Assembly: GCA_002839285.1 (NCBI GenBank)
Contig: PGXT01000001.1
Coordinates: forward strand, 80,112-144,111
Direction: 5' to 3'
DNA from: Spirochaetae bacterium HGW-Spirochaetae-5
GTDB lineage: Bacteria > Spirochaetota > UBA4802 > UBA5550
Length of the DNA stretch: 64,000 nt
The translations under genes and the position numbers were made by a program. Below the pieces are notes generated by a model. It did no database searches. It was not told the DNA's origin and worked only from the letters and a program-made list of their open reading frames with translations. Below, one piece after another: positions 1 to 10,149 of the stretch (the first letter of the stretch is position 1; every line of letters starts with the position of its first letter).

Positions 1-509
1 CCGAGACGATTCCATCTGACGGAGGATTCATAATTACAGCTTTTTTCACAGGGGGGAGCGGTTATGCTATCTATGAAATTACAGCATACAGGAATGTCAA
101 AGATATTTTCAGGACAGGGGAAGGTGTGACGTTTAAAACTGACGGGAATAGAACCCATATTCTTGTTGAACCTGCTTCTTTTACGAAAAAATATATAGAA
201 CCGGTCAACAGAGAAGCTCTTCATGCAATACCATATAGATTTAATGAAATGACCGTTATTCCCGGTCCGAAAAATGAAAAAATTATGGTTCCGGAAAAAC
301 CTATTTCACTCTATTCTTCTTTTACAATACTTGAGCAGCAGAGTGATTATTTTTCTTATATATTCTTTCCGACTAAAGATGTATATGTTGCAATGAAGAA
401 ATTTATAGCGGATAGTTTATACAATGACTGTAATCTAGGGCTCTCTGTTTCCAAAGAGGTTTCTGTAAAAGTTCTTGAAACTATTAAAAAGTTTTCGATA
501 TTCGGATAA
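1..509 (+). CDS. conserved hypothetical protein, 5'-truncated by the window edge
   Basis: The frame of ORF 126..509 stays open back to position 3 (ETIPSDGGFIITAFFTGG...), so the real start lies upstream of the window. Confidence 0.6.
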   Translation, partial: ETIPSDGGFIITAFFTGGSGYAIYEITAYRNVKDIFRTGEGVTFKTDGNRTHILVEPASFTKKYIEPVNREALHAIPYRFNEMTVIPGPKNEKIMVPEKPISLYSSFTILEQQSDYFSYIFFPTKDVYVAMKKFIADSLYNDCNLGLSVSKEVSVKVLETIKKFSIFG

Positions 510-698
510 TTCTTCTGCAAAAATTGATGATTTTTCTGTTTTATCTTTATTCCTATATATAAGAAGGTATTATAGAAACTGATTTTAATGAAACAGTATT
601 ACAATAGACACTACCTTATCTGTTGTAATATTGTTGACAAAATACAGCCGGACATTATCAATCTTATAAAATTAAAAAATGAGGTAATTTAAACTGAC

Positions 699-1535
699 AT
701 GCCATCAGACAGTCCCGACCCTTTAAGTAATTCAGTGATGAAGAGAGTCCTAAATATCATCAAAAAACCATTCAAAGCTATCGACGAAAACACTTTTGAC
801 GCTGAAGCATACGAACAGCTTGATACCCCCAGAAAAGATATGATTGACGGCGTCGTTATGCTCTCCGAACTGAACGCAAAAGATATAATGATACCCAGAG
901 TAGATCTTGTAGCAATCGATTCAGATATTGACCTTAAATCCCTTGTCAAGGTAATTATAGATGCAGGTCACTCCCGCGTTCCGGTATACGAAGAGACAAT
1001 CGACAATATTATAGGTATTTTATACGTTAAAGATCTTATTAAACTCATCCCTCTCTCTGATAAAGCCAGAAAATTTAATATAAAAAAACTTATACATGAA
1101 CCGTTTTTCGTTCCTGAAACAATGCCTCTGGATGAACTTCTCCTTGAGTTTAAACTTAAGAAACTCCACCTTGCAATAGTGGTGGATGAATACGGTGGAC
1201 TGGGCGGAATTGTTACTCTTGAAGATATTCTTGAAGTTATAGTAGGCGATATCAACGATGAGTATGACGCCGAGGAACCCCCTGAGTTCGAGAAAACAGG
1301 ACCGGCTTCTTATGATGTTGACTCACGTATGCTGATTACAGATTTTAATGATGAACTGGACCTCGATATACCTACGGATGATTTTGATACAATCGGGGGA
1401 TTTGTTTTCGACCTCTTCGGCCGTGTCCCGGAAAAAGACGAGACAGTTAAATACGGGAATATTTCATTTAAGATCAAGGACATATCCGGTATAAAAATAA
1501 TCCGTATTACAGCTACTATTTTAAAACCGAAATAG
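699..1535 (+). CDS. HlyC/CorC family CBS-domain protein (Mg/Co transporter-associated, TlyC-like)
   Basis: DIMIPR, GHSRVPVY, IVVDEYGG..GIVTLEDILE and C-terminal CorC domain (DFDTIGGFV). Confidence 0.9.
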   Translation: MPSDSPDPLSNSVMKRVLNIIKKPFKAIDENTFDAEAYEQLDTPRKDMIDGVVMLSELNAKDIMIPRVDLVAIDSDIDLKSLVKVIIDAGHSRVPVYEETIDNIIGILYVKDLIKLIPLSDKARKFNIKKLIHEPFFVPETMPLDELLLEFKLKKLHLAIVVDEYGGLGGIVTLEDILEVIVGDINDEYDAEEPPEFEKTGPASYDVDSRMLITDFNDELDLDIPTDDFDTIGGFVFDLFGRVPEKDETVKYGNISFKIKDISGIKIIRITATILKPK

Positions 1536-1537
1536 CC

Positions 1538-2284
1538 ATGCCGCAGCAGAGAGAAACCGGAATTGTGCTTTCGAAACAGAGTTCCGGAGAAGCCGATAAT
1601 ATCTGCACCATCTACACCAAACATTCGGGTAAGGACCGGTTTGTTTTCCGTGGATTAAAAAAATCCACGAAACGCCCGAGAACAGCATCGGAACCTGGAA
1701 CAACTCTTGACATGGTTTATTACACAGGGAGAGGTGGCAGTTTCAGCACTGTTTCAGAATTCGATATTCTTACGAACTACAGTTCTATAAGAAAAAGCAG
1801 CAGTAAGATATTCTCCCTATACTTCATACTTGAACTGGTTGACCGTACCACAGGTTTCTCCGATTCAAACAGCAGAGTATTTAATCTTCTTTCTGCAGGG
1901 ATAGAGACCCTGTCAAACACGGAATTCCCAGGTCACTTTTCACTTTTTTTCGCCGTTAAATATCTTTTAATGCAGGGAATATTCCCCGATACCGGAAGGT
2001 GCTCATGGTGCGGCAATACCGAGCCTGAAAAACTTGTCATAGAAAACAGCAGCCTGAGAATTTCCTGCATTAATTGCACCGACATGAAATCGGCCGCAGT
2101 AAGAAGCAGCGGAAGGGAATTGATTAATAAATGTGAAAAATTAAAACTGGATAAAATTGACTGTATAACATATTCAAACAGGGATGTTTTATCGGCACTA
2201 ACTGTGATTATAGAATATATCAACTCATACTACAGCATTAAACTTAAAACAGGCCCAATGCTGCTGAGTGATATTCAGAGTTAA
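1538..2284 (+). CDS. recO: DNA repair protein RecO
   Basis: N-terminal ETGIVL..GEAD..IYTK..GK OB fold, CxxC..CxxC zinc finger, 248 aa. Confidence 0.85.
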   Translation: MPQQRETGIVLSKQSSGEADNICTIYTKHSGKDRFVFRGLKKSTKRPRTASEPGTTLDMVYYTGRGGSFSTVSEFDILTNYSSIRKSSSKIFSLYFILELVDRTTGFSDSNSRVFNLLSAGIETLSNTEFPGHFSLFFAVKYLLMQGIFPDTGRCSWCGNTEPEKLVIENSSLRISCINCTDMKSAAVRSSGRELINKCEKLKLDKIDCITYSNRDVLSALTVIIEYINSYYSIKLKTGPMLLSDIQS

Positions 2285-2298
2285 ATCATTTTTTTAAT

Positions 2299-2463
2299 TT
2301 ATTTACCCTTGAGGGTTATCGGGCAGGCAAGTACTCTATAATCTGCAGTTTTTTCTTCATGAGTTGTCGCCATTGAACTGAGTGATCCTCCATAATTACA
2401 GAGAACCTGATAATTCCTTAATTCTATATGGTGTTTGCACTTTTTACATTCTTCGAGTTTCAT
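2299..2463 (-). CDS. small Cys-containing hypothetical protein (54 aa, MQLEECKKCKHH...LACPITLKGK)
   Basis: Read by eye, below the ORF-track cutoff; GGAG RBS upstream; CxxC plus two further Cys. Confidence 0.5.
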   Translation of the reverse strand: MKLEECKKCKHHIELRNYQVLCNYGGSLSSMATTHEEKTADYRVLACPITLKGK

Positions 2464-2603
2464 TCATCATCTCCATAAATTCAGCCGAGTATCATCATTA
2501 GTCTTTACTATTATGTCACTTTATGATTTCAAGAACGAAGATTATTGCCATATTGATTATTGTCAATAATTATATTAAATAAAATATTAAATCATTTGGA
2601 GGA

Positions 2604-2633
2604 AGTTTATTTCTGAGGGGACAGCGCTACGCG
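2604..2633. repeat. partial copy of palindromic REP-like family A
   Basis: Reverse complement closely matches the 3' part of the 8049-8107 copy (cgcgaagcgctgtgcccccggaaataaact). Confidence 0.6.
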
Positions 2634-2834
2634 GCGCGTCTGGAATGGAGGAATACCGGGTATTGCCCATTCCCATCGTAATGAAGCATACACACACCTG
2701 AAAACATTTCGCTGAATTCAAAACTGAATTCCGGTTAAAGCGTCTGGAAACAAAGTAAAATTATGTCATGGTAATTTTTCACAACTGATAAAAAAATTTC
2801 TGGACATTTAATCCTGTGAACGGTCTATAAAAAC

Positions 2835-3392
2835 ATGATTAATGATAATTTAAAAAATCCTCCATCCGAAGAAGAATGCTTCAGACTTATAAAAGAATAT
2901 GAAATGCTCCCTAATATAATCGACCACTCAGTTCAGGTGAAAAATGTAACTGAAGCTATATATCACGGACTGATTGATAAAAGTAAAATTAACATTGAAC
3001 TTTTAAGAGCCTCTGCACTTCTCCATGATATTACAAAAACAAAGGCAATCCTTGAAAACGAACTTCGTCACGATCTGACCGGAGGCGAGCTACTCAGGAG
3101 ACTGGGATATGAAGAGATCGCCGTTATCGTAGAAAATCACGTGGTCTTCTCTGACTTTAATTACGATGGACCGCTACTGGAAAAAGAGATTATATACTAT
3201 GCAGACAAAAGAGTAATGCACGATAAAATTGTAAACATTGACACACGGGTATCCGACCTGGTTGACCGTTATGGACGGACTGAAAAAATAAGAGAGATGA
3301 TACTTCATAATAAAAAATTTATTCTTAAACTGGAATCCAAAATACAAAGCCATATGAACATACCCATTGAAGAAGCGCTTAAGGGAATATGA
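2835..3392 (+). CDS. HD/HDIG-domain metal-dependent phosphohydrolase
   Basis: HS..ALLHDITK..H..G..H..YADK motifs. Confidence 0.85.
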   Translation: MINDNLKNPPSEEECFRLIKEYEMLPNIIDHSVQVKNVTEAIYHGLIDKSKINIELLRASALLHDITKTKAILENELRHDLTGGELLRRLGYEEIAVIVENHVVFSDFNYDGPLLEKEIIYYADKRVMHDKIVNIDTRVSDLVDRYGRTEKIREMILHNKKFILKLESKIQSHMNIPIEEALKGI

Positions 3393-5041
3393 AAAAATAC
3401 CTGATACTCGACTGCTATGTGGATGAACCTGCCTGTCTTGGAGTACCCCCCTTTATATCACCATATCCCCGTTATATTTACGGAGCACTTATATCTGCCG
3501 GCGTATCTCCGGATGCTATAGTCTACCGGACAATTGATCATCTTCGTGAGAGCGATTACAATCTGACGGGAAACTTCAACCACGTCTTTCTTATCGGAGG
3601 AGCAGCCGTTCCCGGCAAATACCTGGGTGCGCGTATAGGTTCACTTGCAGAGATAAATAAAATTCTGAATCAGAACAGCAGAACCGGATTTTCCGTGGGG
3701 GGACTGATCCATCGTGCGATTACATCTCCGCCGGCTAACACCACAGTGATCAGCTATGATATAGAAAAATTTGCGTTTACCATGGCACGGGGTAATCCTG
3801 AAGACAGCTGCAGGACATCGGAAGAGATAGCGGAATGGGGAGTAAAGGGCGCCGGCGTGGTAAAGGATCACCCATGGTATCCCGATGTAATCTGCGAAAT
3901 GGAAACAGGGAGAGGATGTCCCAGGGAGTTTCACTGTTCATTCTGTTCTGAGGGACTAATAAAAAATGTCGAATTCCGCAGCGCCGGAGATGTTCTTAAT
4001 GAGGTTGACGCACTTATAAATTCCGGAGTCTCACGCTTTAGAATCGGGAGGCAGGCGGATATAATACAATATGGGAGCCGCCTTGATGTTTACAATAACG
4101 GATTTCCGGAACCGGAACCTTCAGCAGTTAAAGAACTCTTCCTGGAACTGAAAAAAAGAAAAGATGCCGGAAAGATAACTGTTCTTAATGTGGACAACGC
4201 AAATCCCGGATCTATTGTAAACTGGCCCGATCACTCTTCGGCTATTCTTGAATCAATTGCCGCCGCAGTAACACCCGGGGACACCCTCCCCTTCGGGATT
4301 GAATCTTTTGATGAGACAGTTGTACGGCAGAACAACCTCAAGGTAACACCCGATGAGGCTCTATTTGCAGTAAAACTTGTAAATGAAATATGCGGCTGGA
4401 GAGAGGATGGAATCCCCAAACTGCTGCCCGGGATAAATCTTATTCACGGGCTGAAAGGCGAAACCGCTGAAACATTCAGAACCAATCACCACTATCTTGA
4501 AAAGATAGCGGCGGACGGGCTGCTGGTTAAGAGAATAAACATCCGTAAACTTCAGCCCTATCCGGGAACACCGCTTTTTAATGAAAGATTTAAAATCAGC
4601 GGAACTCTTACAAAAAGATTTGAATATTTCAGAGAGAGAATCCGGGACGAAATTGATCATCATATGCTGAAAAAAATCTATCCGGCGGGTACCATTTTAA
4701 AAGAAGTTCTCATGCTCGACACCAGAGACGGGTATTCCATGGGGAAACAGATTTCCAGTTACTCAATAACAGTAAAAGTTCCCGGGACTTTCGATAATAA
4801 AAGTTTTAAAAATGTACTGGTCACTGGACACAGGGAGAGATCTCTCTTATCGCTCCCTCTGCCATTTACAATTAATACAACTTCGGCTAAAGCATTTGAG
4901 ATGATACCGGGAGTAAGCAGAGACAGGTCTTCCGATCTGATTCTAAAAAGACCCTTTGGAACTGTGGATGCGTTCACGGAAGAGATAAAAAATGTTCAGC
5001 CCGATCTGCTTAAGATTATCGGGGATAATTCGGAGATTTAG
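3389..5041 (+). CDS. radical SAM protein with C-terminal helix-hairpin-helix (COG1031-like)
   Basis: N-terminal LDCYVDEPACLGVPP, ETGRGC-x5-CSFC cluster motif, C-terminal INT..FEMIPGV HhH. Confidence 0.8.
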   Translation: MKKYLILDCYVDEPACLGVPPFISPYPRYIYGALISAGVSPDAIVYRTIDHLRESDYNLTGNFNHVFLIGGAAVPGKYLGARIGSLAEINKILNQNSRTGFSVGGLIHRAITSPPANTTVISYDIEKFAFTMARGNPEDSCRTSEEIAEWGVKGAGVVKDHPWYPDVICEMETGRGCPREFHCSFCSEGLIKNVEFRSAGDVLNEVDALINSGVSRFRIGRQADIIQYGSRLDVYNNGFPEPEPSAVKELFLELKKRKDAGKITVLNVDNANPGSIVNWPDHSSAILESIAAAVTPGDTLPFGIESFDETVVRQNNLKVTPDEALFAVKLVNEICGWREDGIPKLLPGINLIHGLKGETAETFRTNHHYLEKIAADGLLVKRINIRKLQPYPGTPLFNERFKISGTLTKRFEYFRERIRDEIDHHMLKKIYPAGTILKEVLMLDTRDGYSMGKQISSYSITVKVPGTFDNKSFKNVLVTGHRERSLLSLPLPFTINTTSAKAFEMIPGVSRDRSSDLILKRPFGTVDAFTEEIKNVQPDLLKIIGDNSEI

Positions 5042-5090
5042 ACGGACCTGCTCTTTAAGTATATTAACTGAACTCTCTGTTTACAATACA

Positions 5091-5200
5091 AATCCCCCCG
5101 TTTCGCTTCGCTCAACATCCCCCTTTGTTAAAGGGGGTTATTTAACTTCAAAAAGTTAAACCCTCTTTAACAAAGGGGGTGGCCGATAGGCCGGGGGATT
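5091..5200. repeat. palindromic REP/MITE-like element (family C) between convergent genes
   Basis: aatcccccc...gggggatt ends with internal ccccctttgttaaaggggg hairpins. Confidence 0.65.
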
Positions 5201-5227
5201 TTTTAGTTTTCGTTATTTAAATACTCA

Positions 5228-6481
5228 TTAAAGATACCCTTTCCGTATCTCCTCTGCGATTATTTCGATACCTTTTCTGACGGTCTCTTCACTCTGGGAA
5301 TAAGTTACCCTTATACATTCATTTTTATGGATCCAGTCATCTGTAAGTCCAGGGAAAAAATAATGTCCCGGAACTATCAACACTCCCCGCTCCTTGAGCC
5401 GTTCGTAAAGAGTATCGCTGTCAATTTTAATCCCCTTCAGCCAGAGCCAGAGAAAAAATGCACCTTCAGGTTTATGTATATAATAATCAACCCCCTCCAA
5501 CTTCTCTTTAAATAGATTAACGGCAAGTTCGGCTTTGTTCTTATAGTGAGGTTTTATTATATCCCTGCTCATGGAGATAATTTCACCTGATTTTACAAGG
5601 GACTCTGCAATGACAGCCCCCACACTCCCTGGAGCGAGATTCATCACCGCGTTCATCTGTGATACCGCGTTTATCACTTTTTCATTTGCAATAATGATCC
5701 CTGTTCGGACACCGGGGAGTCCCAGTTTCGATAAACTCATACAGACTATAATCTGCTCATTCCAGTAAGGTCTGGCGTCGGTATATATCATATCGGGAAA
5801 TGGTATACCGTATGCGCTGTCGATGATTAGCGGTACATCATGCTGTTCTGCAAGAGAGATAAGCTTCTCGATTTCACTGTCGGATAAAACGTTCCCTGTT
5901 GGATTGGTAGGTCTGGAAACACAAATTGCACCTATGCTCTCATCTATTGTAAGATTATCGAAATCAATATTGTACTTGAAGGTATGATCATCAAGATGGG
6001 TTATCTCCGGACGGATAGATGTGAAGATTTCATCCGATGTAATCCCCACATCACTATAACCGATATATTCAGGAGTGAGGGGGAGAAGAATCTTTTTAAA
6101 TGATCCGTCACGGAATCTGCCTGAAAACATATTAAAGAGCAGGAAAAAAGCCGACTGGCTTCCGTTGGTCAAAGCGATATTTGAACTCTTTATATTCCAG
6201 CCGAATTCTCTGTTGAGCAGTGCGGCCATCTCTTCGATAAATTTGAAGTTTCCCTGAGGAGCATCGTAATTCCCCACACACTCCTCAAAAAGAGTACCGG
6301 AGTCCATAACCTCCATCATGCTGTTCCGGAGTATGCTCTGCACTTCAGTTATATGTGCAGGATTACCTCCCCCCAGCATAAGCATATTACGATTGACCGC
6401 CATGGCGTGGCCCAGATCGTCCATGAGGCTTTTTATTCCCGACTTACAGTTTACCTTGTCTCCAAAAATTGAAAAATTCAT
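5228..6481 (-). CDS. avtA: valine--pyruvate transaminase (class I PLP aminotransferase)
   Basis: LMDDLG..MLGGGNPA, NIALTNGSQSAFF, VSRPTNPTGNV, SLSKLGLPGVRTG, KPEGAFFLWLW. Confidence 0.9.
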   Translation of the reverse strand: MNFSIFGDKVNCKSGIKSLMDDLGHAMAVNRNMLMLGGGNPAHITEVQSILRNSMMEVMDSGTLFEECVGNYDAPQGNFKFIEEMAALLNREFGWNIKSSNIALTNGSQSAFFLLFNMFSGRFRDGSFKKILLPLTPEYIGYSDVGITSDEIFTSIRPEITHLDDHTFKYNIDFDNLTIDESIGAICVSRPTNPTGNVLSDSEIEKLISLAEQHDVPLIIDSAYGIPFPDMIYTDARPYWNEQIIVCMSLSKLGLPGVRTGIIIANEKVINAVSQMNAVMNLAPGSVGAVIAESLVKSGEIISMSRDIIKPHYKNKAELAVNLFKEKLEGVDYYIHKPEGAFFLWLWLKGIKIDSDTLYERLKERGVLIVPGHYFFPGLTDDWIHKNECIRVTYSQSEETVRKGIEIIAEEIRKGYL

Positions 6482-6540
6482 ATAAAGTCCCCTCTTGATA
6501 ATTACAACATTTCTGAGGGAATATTTCTTCTGTCAATGAA

Positions 6541-7944
6541 TTATATTTTCCGTGCAGCAATTACAGTAATATCATCACCGGCTTTATTCTTTCCGGTAAA
6601 ATTATTAAATGAATCCATGATACTGTTTAAAACTGATTCCGCATTACTCCGCGAAGATAAAGCAACAGCTTCGGATAAACGGTTTTTACCGAACTGTTCA
6701 CCCGTGCAACTTCTCGCCTCAGTCAACCCGTCACTGTAAATAATAATTAAATCTCCCGGTGAAACTGAAAATTTACAGGACTCATATCCGCTTCTGGGGG
6801 AGGAGACTCCAATGGGATGACCTTTGAATAATTCACCGGAATCAACAATGGTCATTACAGATTCTGTTAATGCATTAAAATGTAAAAGATCGGGATGACC
6901 CGCGTTTACATATTCCACTTCAGTGCCGTTCATCCTGAGAAGAAGGCCTGTAATATACAGATTAACCTCTTCCAGTTCATCTATCAGCTCAGCGTTTGCC
7001 GCTTCAAGAACTTTGCCAAGATGTGAAGACTTATACTTATTAAAATAATTATACAATACCGGCTTGGCAAGGATTGTAATCAGGGCCGGAGCCACTCCGT
7101 GACCGGAAACATCAAAAAGGGCCAGACCGGAGAGTGAACTTCCGCTGCAGTAGAAATCATAAAAATCGCCCGATACTGCACCGAAAGGTTTTGTCGTAAA
7201 AGCGATATCCCAATCTGTTGTGCGGGGCGGTTTTGCCGGAAATATGGCAAGCTGTATTTCACTTGCGAGATCCATCTCTATTTCTGACAATTGCTGTTCT
7301 TTTTTTAGCATATTATTAGCTTCTATCAAAACTGTATTAAGATTTTCAAGTTCATATTTAATCCGCTGAAGATCTTTTCTCTTTTTATTCATATAGAAAG
7401 CCGCGGAGGATATAAGCATAAAAGCAGGGAGTAGACAGAATGTAAAGAAGGCCTCTCTTACAATTGAACCGGGTTGGCCTGTTATTTCTATGGAATACCA
7501 GGTTACACTGAAATAACAGATCAGAGTGGGCAGAGACATAAGAAGCGACTGCAGGACATTTGTATAAGACAGAACAATTGTAACAGCGGTAAGCGCGTTT
7601 ATAATCCCCAGCATTCGAAGATCGCCAAGCCAGTAAACCCAGAATGAAAAAGCAATAAGATATGTTACGAGGTAAATTAAGAAGATAGTCCACTCCTGCC
7701 AAACCAGCAGATTTTTTGAAAAATATGTTACAGCAATTAAGACAGATGTTAGAGATAGAATAGATATTGAGATATATAAAGTGGTTTCATAAGTCAACGG
7801 TGTAAGCCCGAGGGATACAGCAATGAGTGTTTCCGTCGTTGCTATAATGTACCCGCCGAAAACCAGCAGATTCCCGCGTAAAAAAAGAGAATACCTGTCT
7901 GCAGGCACCTTTGACCGGAGGTTTAATCTGCTCATACTGGACAA
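6541..7944 (-). CDS. membrane PP2C/SpoIIE (RsbU-like) phosphatase
   Basis: N-terminal TM helices; VSGDFYDF, DVSGHG, NAGHP, YSDGLTE, DDIT. Confidence 0.9.
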   Translation of the reverse strand: MSSMSRLNLRSKVPADRYSLFLRGNLLVFGGYIIATTETLIAVSLGLTPLTYETTLYISISILSLTSVLIAVTYFSKNLLVWQEWTIFLIYLVTYLIAFSFWVYWLGDLRMLGIINALTAVTIVLSYTNVLQSLLMSLPTLICYFSVTWYSIEITGQPGSIVREAFFTFCLLPAFMLISSAAFYMNKKRKDLQRIKYELENLNTVLIEANNMLKKEQQLSEIEMDLASEIQLAIFPAKPPRTTDWDIAFTTKPFGAVSGDFYDFYCSGSSLSGLALFDVSGHGVAPALITILAKPVLYNYFNKYKSSHLGKVLEAANAELIDELEEVNLYITGLLLRMNGTEVEYVNAGHPDLLHFNALTESVMTIVDSGELFKGHPIGVSSPRSGYESCKFSVSPGDLIIIYSDGLTEARSCTGEQFGKNRLSEAVALSSRSNAESVLNSIMDSFNNFTGKNKAGDDITVIAARKI

Positions 7945-8048
7945 TCTTCAACAGGACAATCTTCTGATGTTAAAACATTCAATTTTATCATGTTTTCCTT
8001 TTTTTATAATTAAGAATTATCAATTAATATTTTTCTTAATTGAAAACC

Positions 8049-8107
8049 GTAGTCAATTATTTTCAGGGGTGCGTATGCGCGAAGCGCTGTGCCCCCGGAA
8101 ATAAACT
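8049..8107. repeat. internally deleted copy of REP-like family A
   Basis: 5' part matches the reverse complement of 59331-59368; 3' part matches the gcgaagcgctg hairpin of the 54108-54205 copy. Confidence 0.65.
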
Positions 8108-8123
8108 GCTGTATTGAAAGCTG

Positions 8124-9518
8124 TTATTTCTTACGGGCGACAATTATTGTTATATCATCACCCGGTTTTATATAGCCTGCGAAATTATTTAATGAACCGA
8201 TTATATGGTCAAGCATTTCTCCGGCATCTGATGCATTAGAATTCTCAATGGCATCAATAAGCCGGCTTGTACCGTACTGAATGCCCGCAGAGTTCCTGCT
8301 TTCGGTTAAACCATCACTGTAGAAAACAAGAAAATCGTCTCTCTTAACTTTAAAATTCAGAGAATTAAACTGCTGACAAGCCATAGTAATCCCCAGAGGA
8401 TGACCCTTAAAACTGCTCAAAGAATCAGTTATTACCCTGACACTCTTCGATTCAGCCTGATAGTGGAGAAGGTCCGGGTGGCCGGCGTTGACATATTCAA
8501 CATCTGAATCTGTCATTCTGAGCATCAGACCTGTAATATAAAGATTAACAGCCTCAAGTTCATCATGCAGTTCATCATTGGATGATTCGAGAACAGCGCC
8601 AAGTTTTAAAGATGAGCATTTTTGAAAATTACTATATATTACAGGCTTTGCAAGAATTGTAATCAGGGCCGGAGCAACTCCGTGACCTGAAACATCAAAG
8701 AGCGATATCCCGTGAAGATTATGATCTTTTGTGTAAAAATCAAAGAAATCCCCCGAAACTGCACCATATGGTCTTGTTATAAATGCCATATCCCAATCGG
8801 TCACAGCAGGTGTCCTTCTCGGGAAAATCACCTCCTGTATTTCACTTGCAATGTCCATTTCAATTTCAGACATCAACTGCTCTTTTTTCAGCTGTTCATT
8901 TGTAAGGGATAAATCATAATTAAGCTTTTCAAGCTCTGCCTTGACAGCATGAAGAGCATCTCTTTTTTTATTTATAAAATATGCGGCGGAAGATACAAGT
9001 ATAAAAGAGGGGAAAATACTGATCGAATAAAAAGCTTCCTGAGCAATAGATCCGGTCTGACCGGCAATTATAATAGAATACCATGTAACTAAAATATAGT
9101 TTAAAAGAGTACCCGCAGAAATCAGAACAGACTGAACGAGGTTGGTGTAATACAGTACAATAGTAATGATGGTCAGAGCATTAATTAATGCTAAAAACCT
9201 CAGATCTGCAAGCCTGTAAACCCAAAGAGAAAAACCTATCTGACATATAATTAGGGTTGTACCGAAAATTGCCCATTCATGCCATACAAGAAATTTTTTT
9301 TTAATATATGTTATCAGTATAAGAAGTGAATTCATAACAGTTACAAAGACTGCAATAAATATGGCATTTCTGTATGTTACGGTATGGAGCCCCAGATATA
9401 TTGCAGCAAATGTCTCTAAAATCGCTATTGAAGAACCGGCAGTTATAAGTAAACTTCCTCTAATAAACAGGGCATTTCTTTCAGCCGGAATGGGGGATAC
9501 CAGATAATTCTTAATCAT
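8124..9518 (-). CDS. membrane PP2C/SpoIIE phosphatase, tandem paralog of 6541-7944
   Basis: Same motifs and long identical stretches (FDVSGHGVAPALITILAKPV, VEYVNAGHPDLLH). Confidence 0.9.
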   Translation of the reverse strand: MIKNYLVSPIPAERNALFIRGSLLITAGSSIAILETFAAIYLGLHTVTYRNAIFIAVFVTVMNSLLILITYIKKKFLVWHEWAIFGTTLIICQIGFSLWVYRLADLRFLALINALTIITIVLYYTNLVQSVLISAGTLLNYILVTWYSIIIAGQTGSIAQEAFYSISIFPSFILVSSAAYFINKKRDALHAVKAELEKLNYDLSLTNEQLKKEQLMSEIEMDIASEIQEVIFPRRTPAVTDWDMAFITRPYGAVSGDFFDFYTKDHNLHGISLFDVSGHGVAPALITILAKPVIYSNFQKCSSLKLGAVLESSNDELHDELEAVNLYITGLMLRMTDSDVEYVNAGHPDLLHYQAESKSVRVITDSLSSFKGHPLGITMACQQFNSLNFKVKRDDFLVFYSDGLTESRNSAGIQYGTSRLIDAIENSNASDAGEMLDHIIGSLNNFAGYIKPGDDITIIVARKK

Positions 9519-9600
9519 TTTAAATTTCCCTGTTTTAATATCATGGAAGCAATACTATAATAATTCAGATTAACCGTGTAAGACTGCAACAATTGCTGTG

Positions 9601-9789
9601 ACCGGATAGATTTTCATTAAAATTTTCACACTCACCCCCGGCTATCGCCGCGCCCCTCTCTTTGATGAGAAAAAGAGGGGCTACGTAAAACAAATTATTC
9701 CCTTGAAAAACACAATAAATTCCCTGTTTAAACTCCCCTCTCTTTCTTTCCAAAGAGAGGGGTGAGTTCGGAAAATTTGCGACTTTATA
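9601..9789. repeat. ~190-bp palindromic MITE/REP-like element (family B)
   Basis: Inverted, diverged copy of 61681-61881; ctcacccccggc...cccctctc...gagaggggtgag hairpins. Confidence 0.75.
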
Positions 9790-10111
9790 AATCAATTTTT
9801 TAATTAATAATCATCCGGTTACAGCACTAATTTATGATACAATATAATTGATTAAGAAATAACAGTATAATAATTTCTATAGTGTATTTATATAATAAAA
9901 GTGTACAAAAAAAATCAACCAGAATAGCCTAAACAGGCTTTTTTTTCATTTTTTTAGCAATTATTACTGAATAGAATTCTTAGTACAAAAAACAATATAT
10001 ATCCACCTCCTTCGGTGGCGGAGTGAATAGAGCTTTTTAATTTATAAAGATAATGAATAAATACTTATTCTTTATAAAAATAAAAAATAACCGCTATAAA
10101 GTCCAAATAGT

Positions 10112-10141
10112 TTGACAACAGTCATTTTTAAAAAATATAAT
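10112..10141 (+). promoter_or_regulatory. sigma70-type promoter of uvrC
   Basis: TTGACA-18 bp-TATAAT just upstream of the start codon (near-leaderless). Confidence 0.65.
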
Positions 10142-10149
10142 GCATCACT

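Noticed and set aside
9565-9795. 76-aa ORF from the track
   Set aside because: Lies over the palindromic family B repeat and is probably spurious
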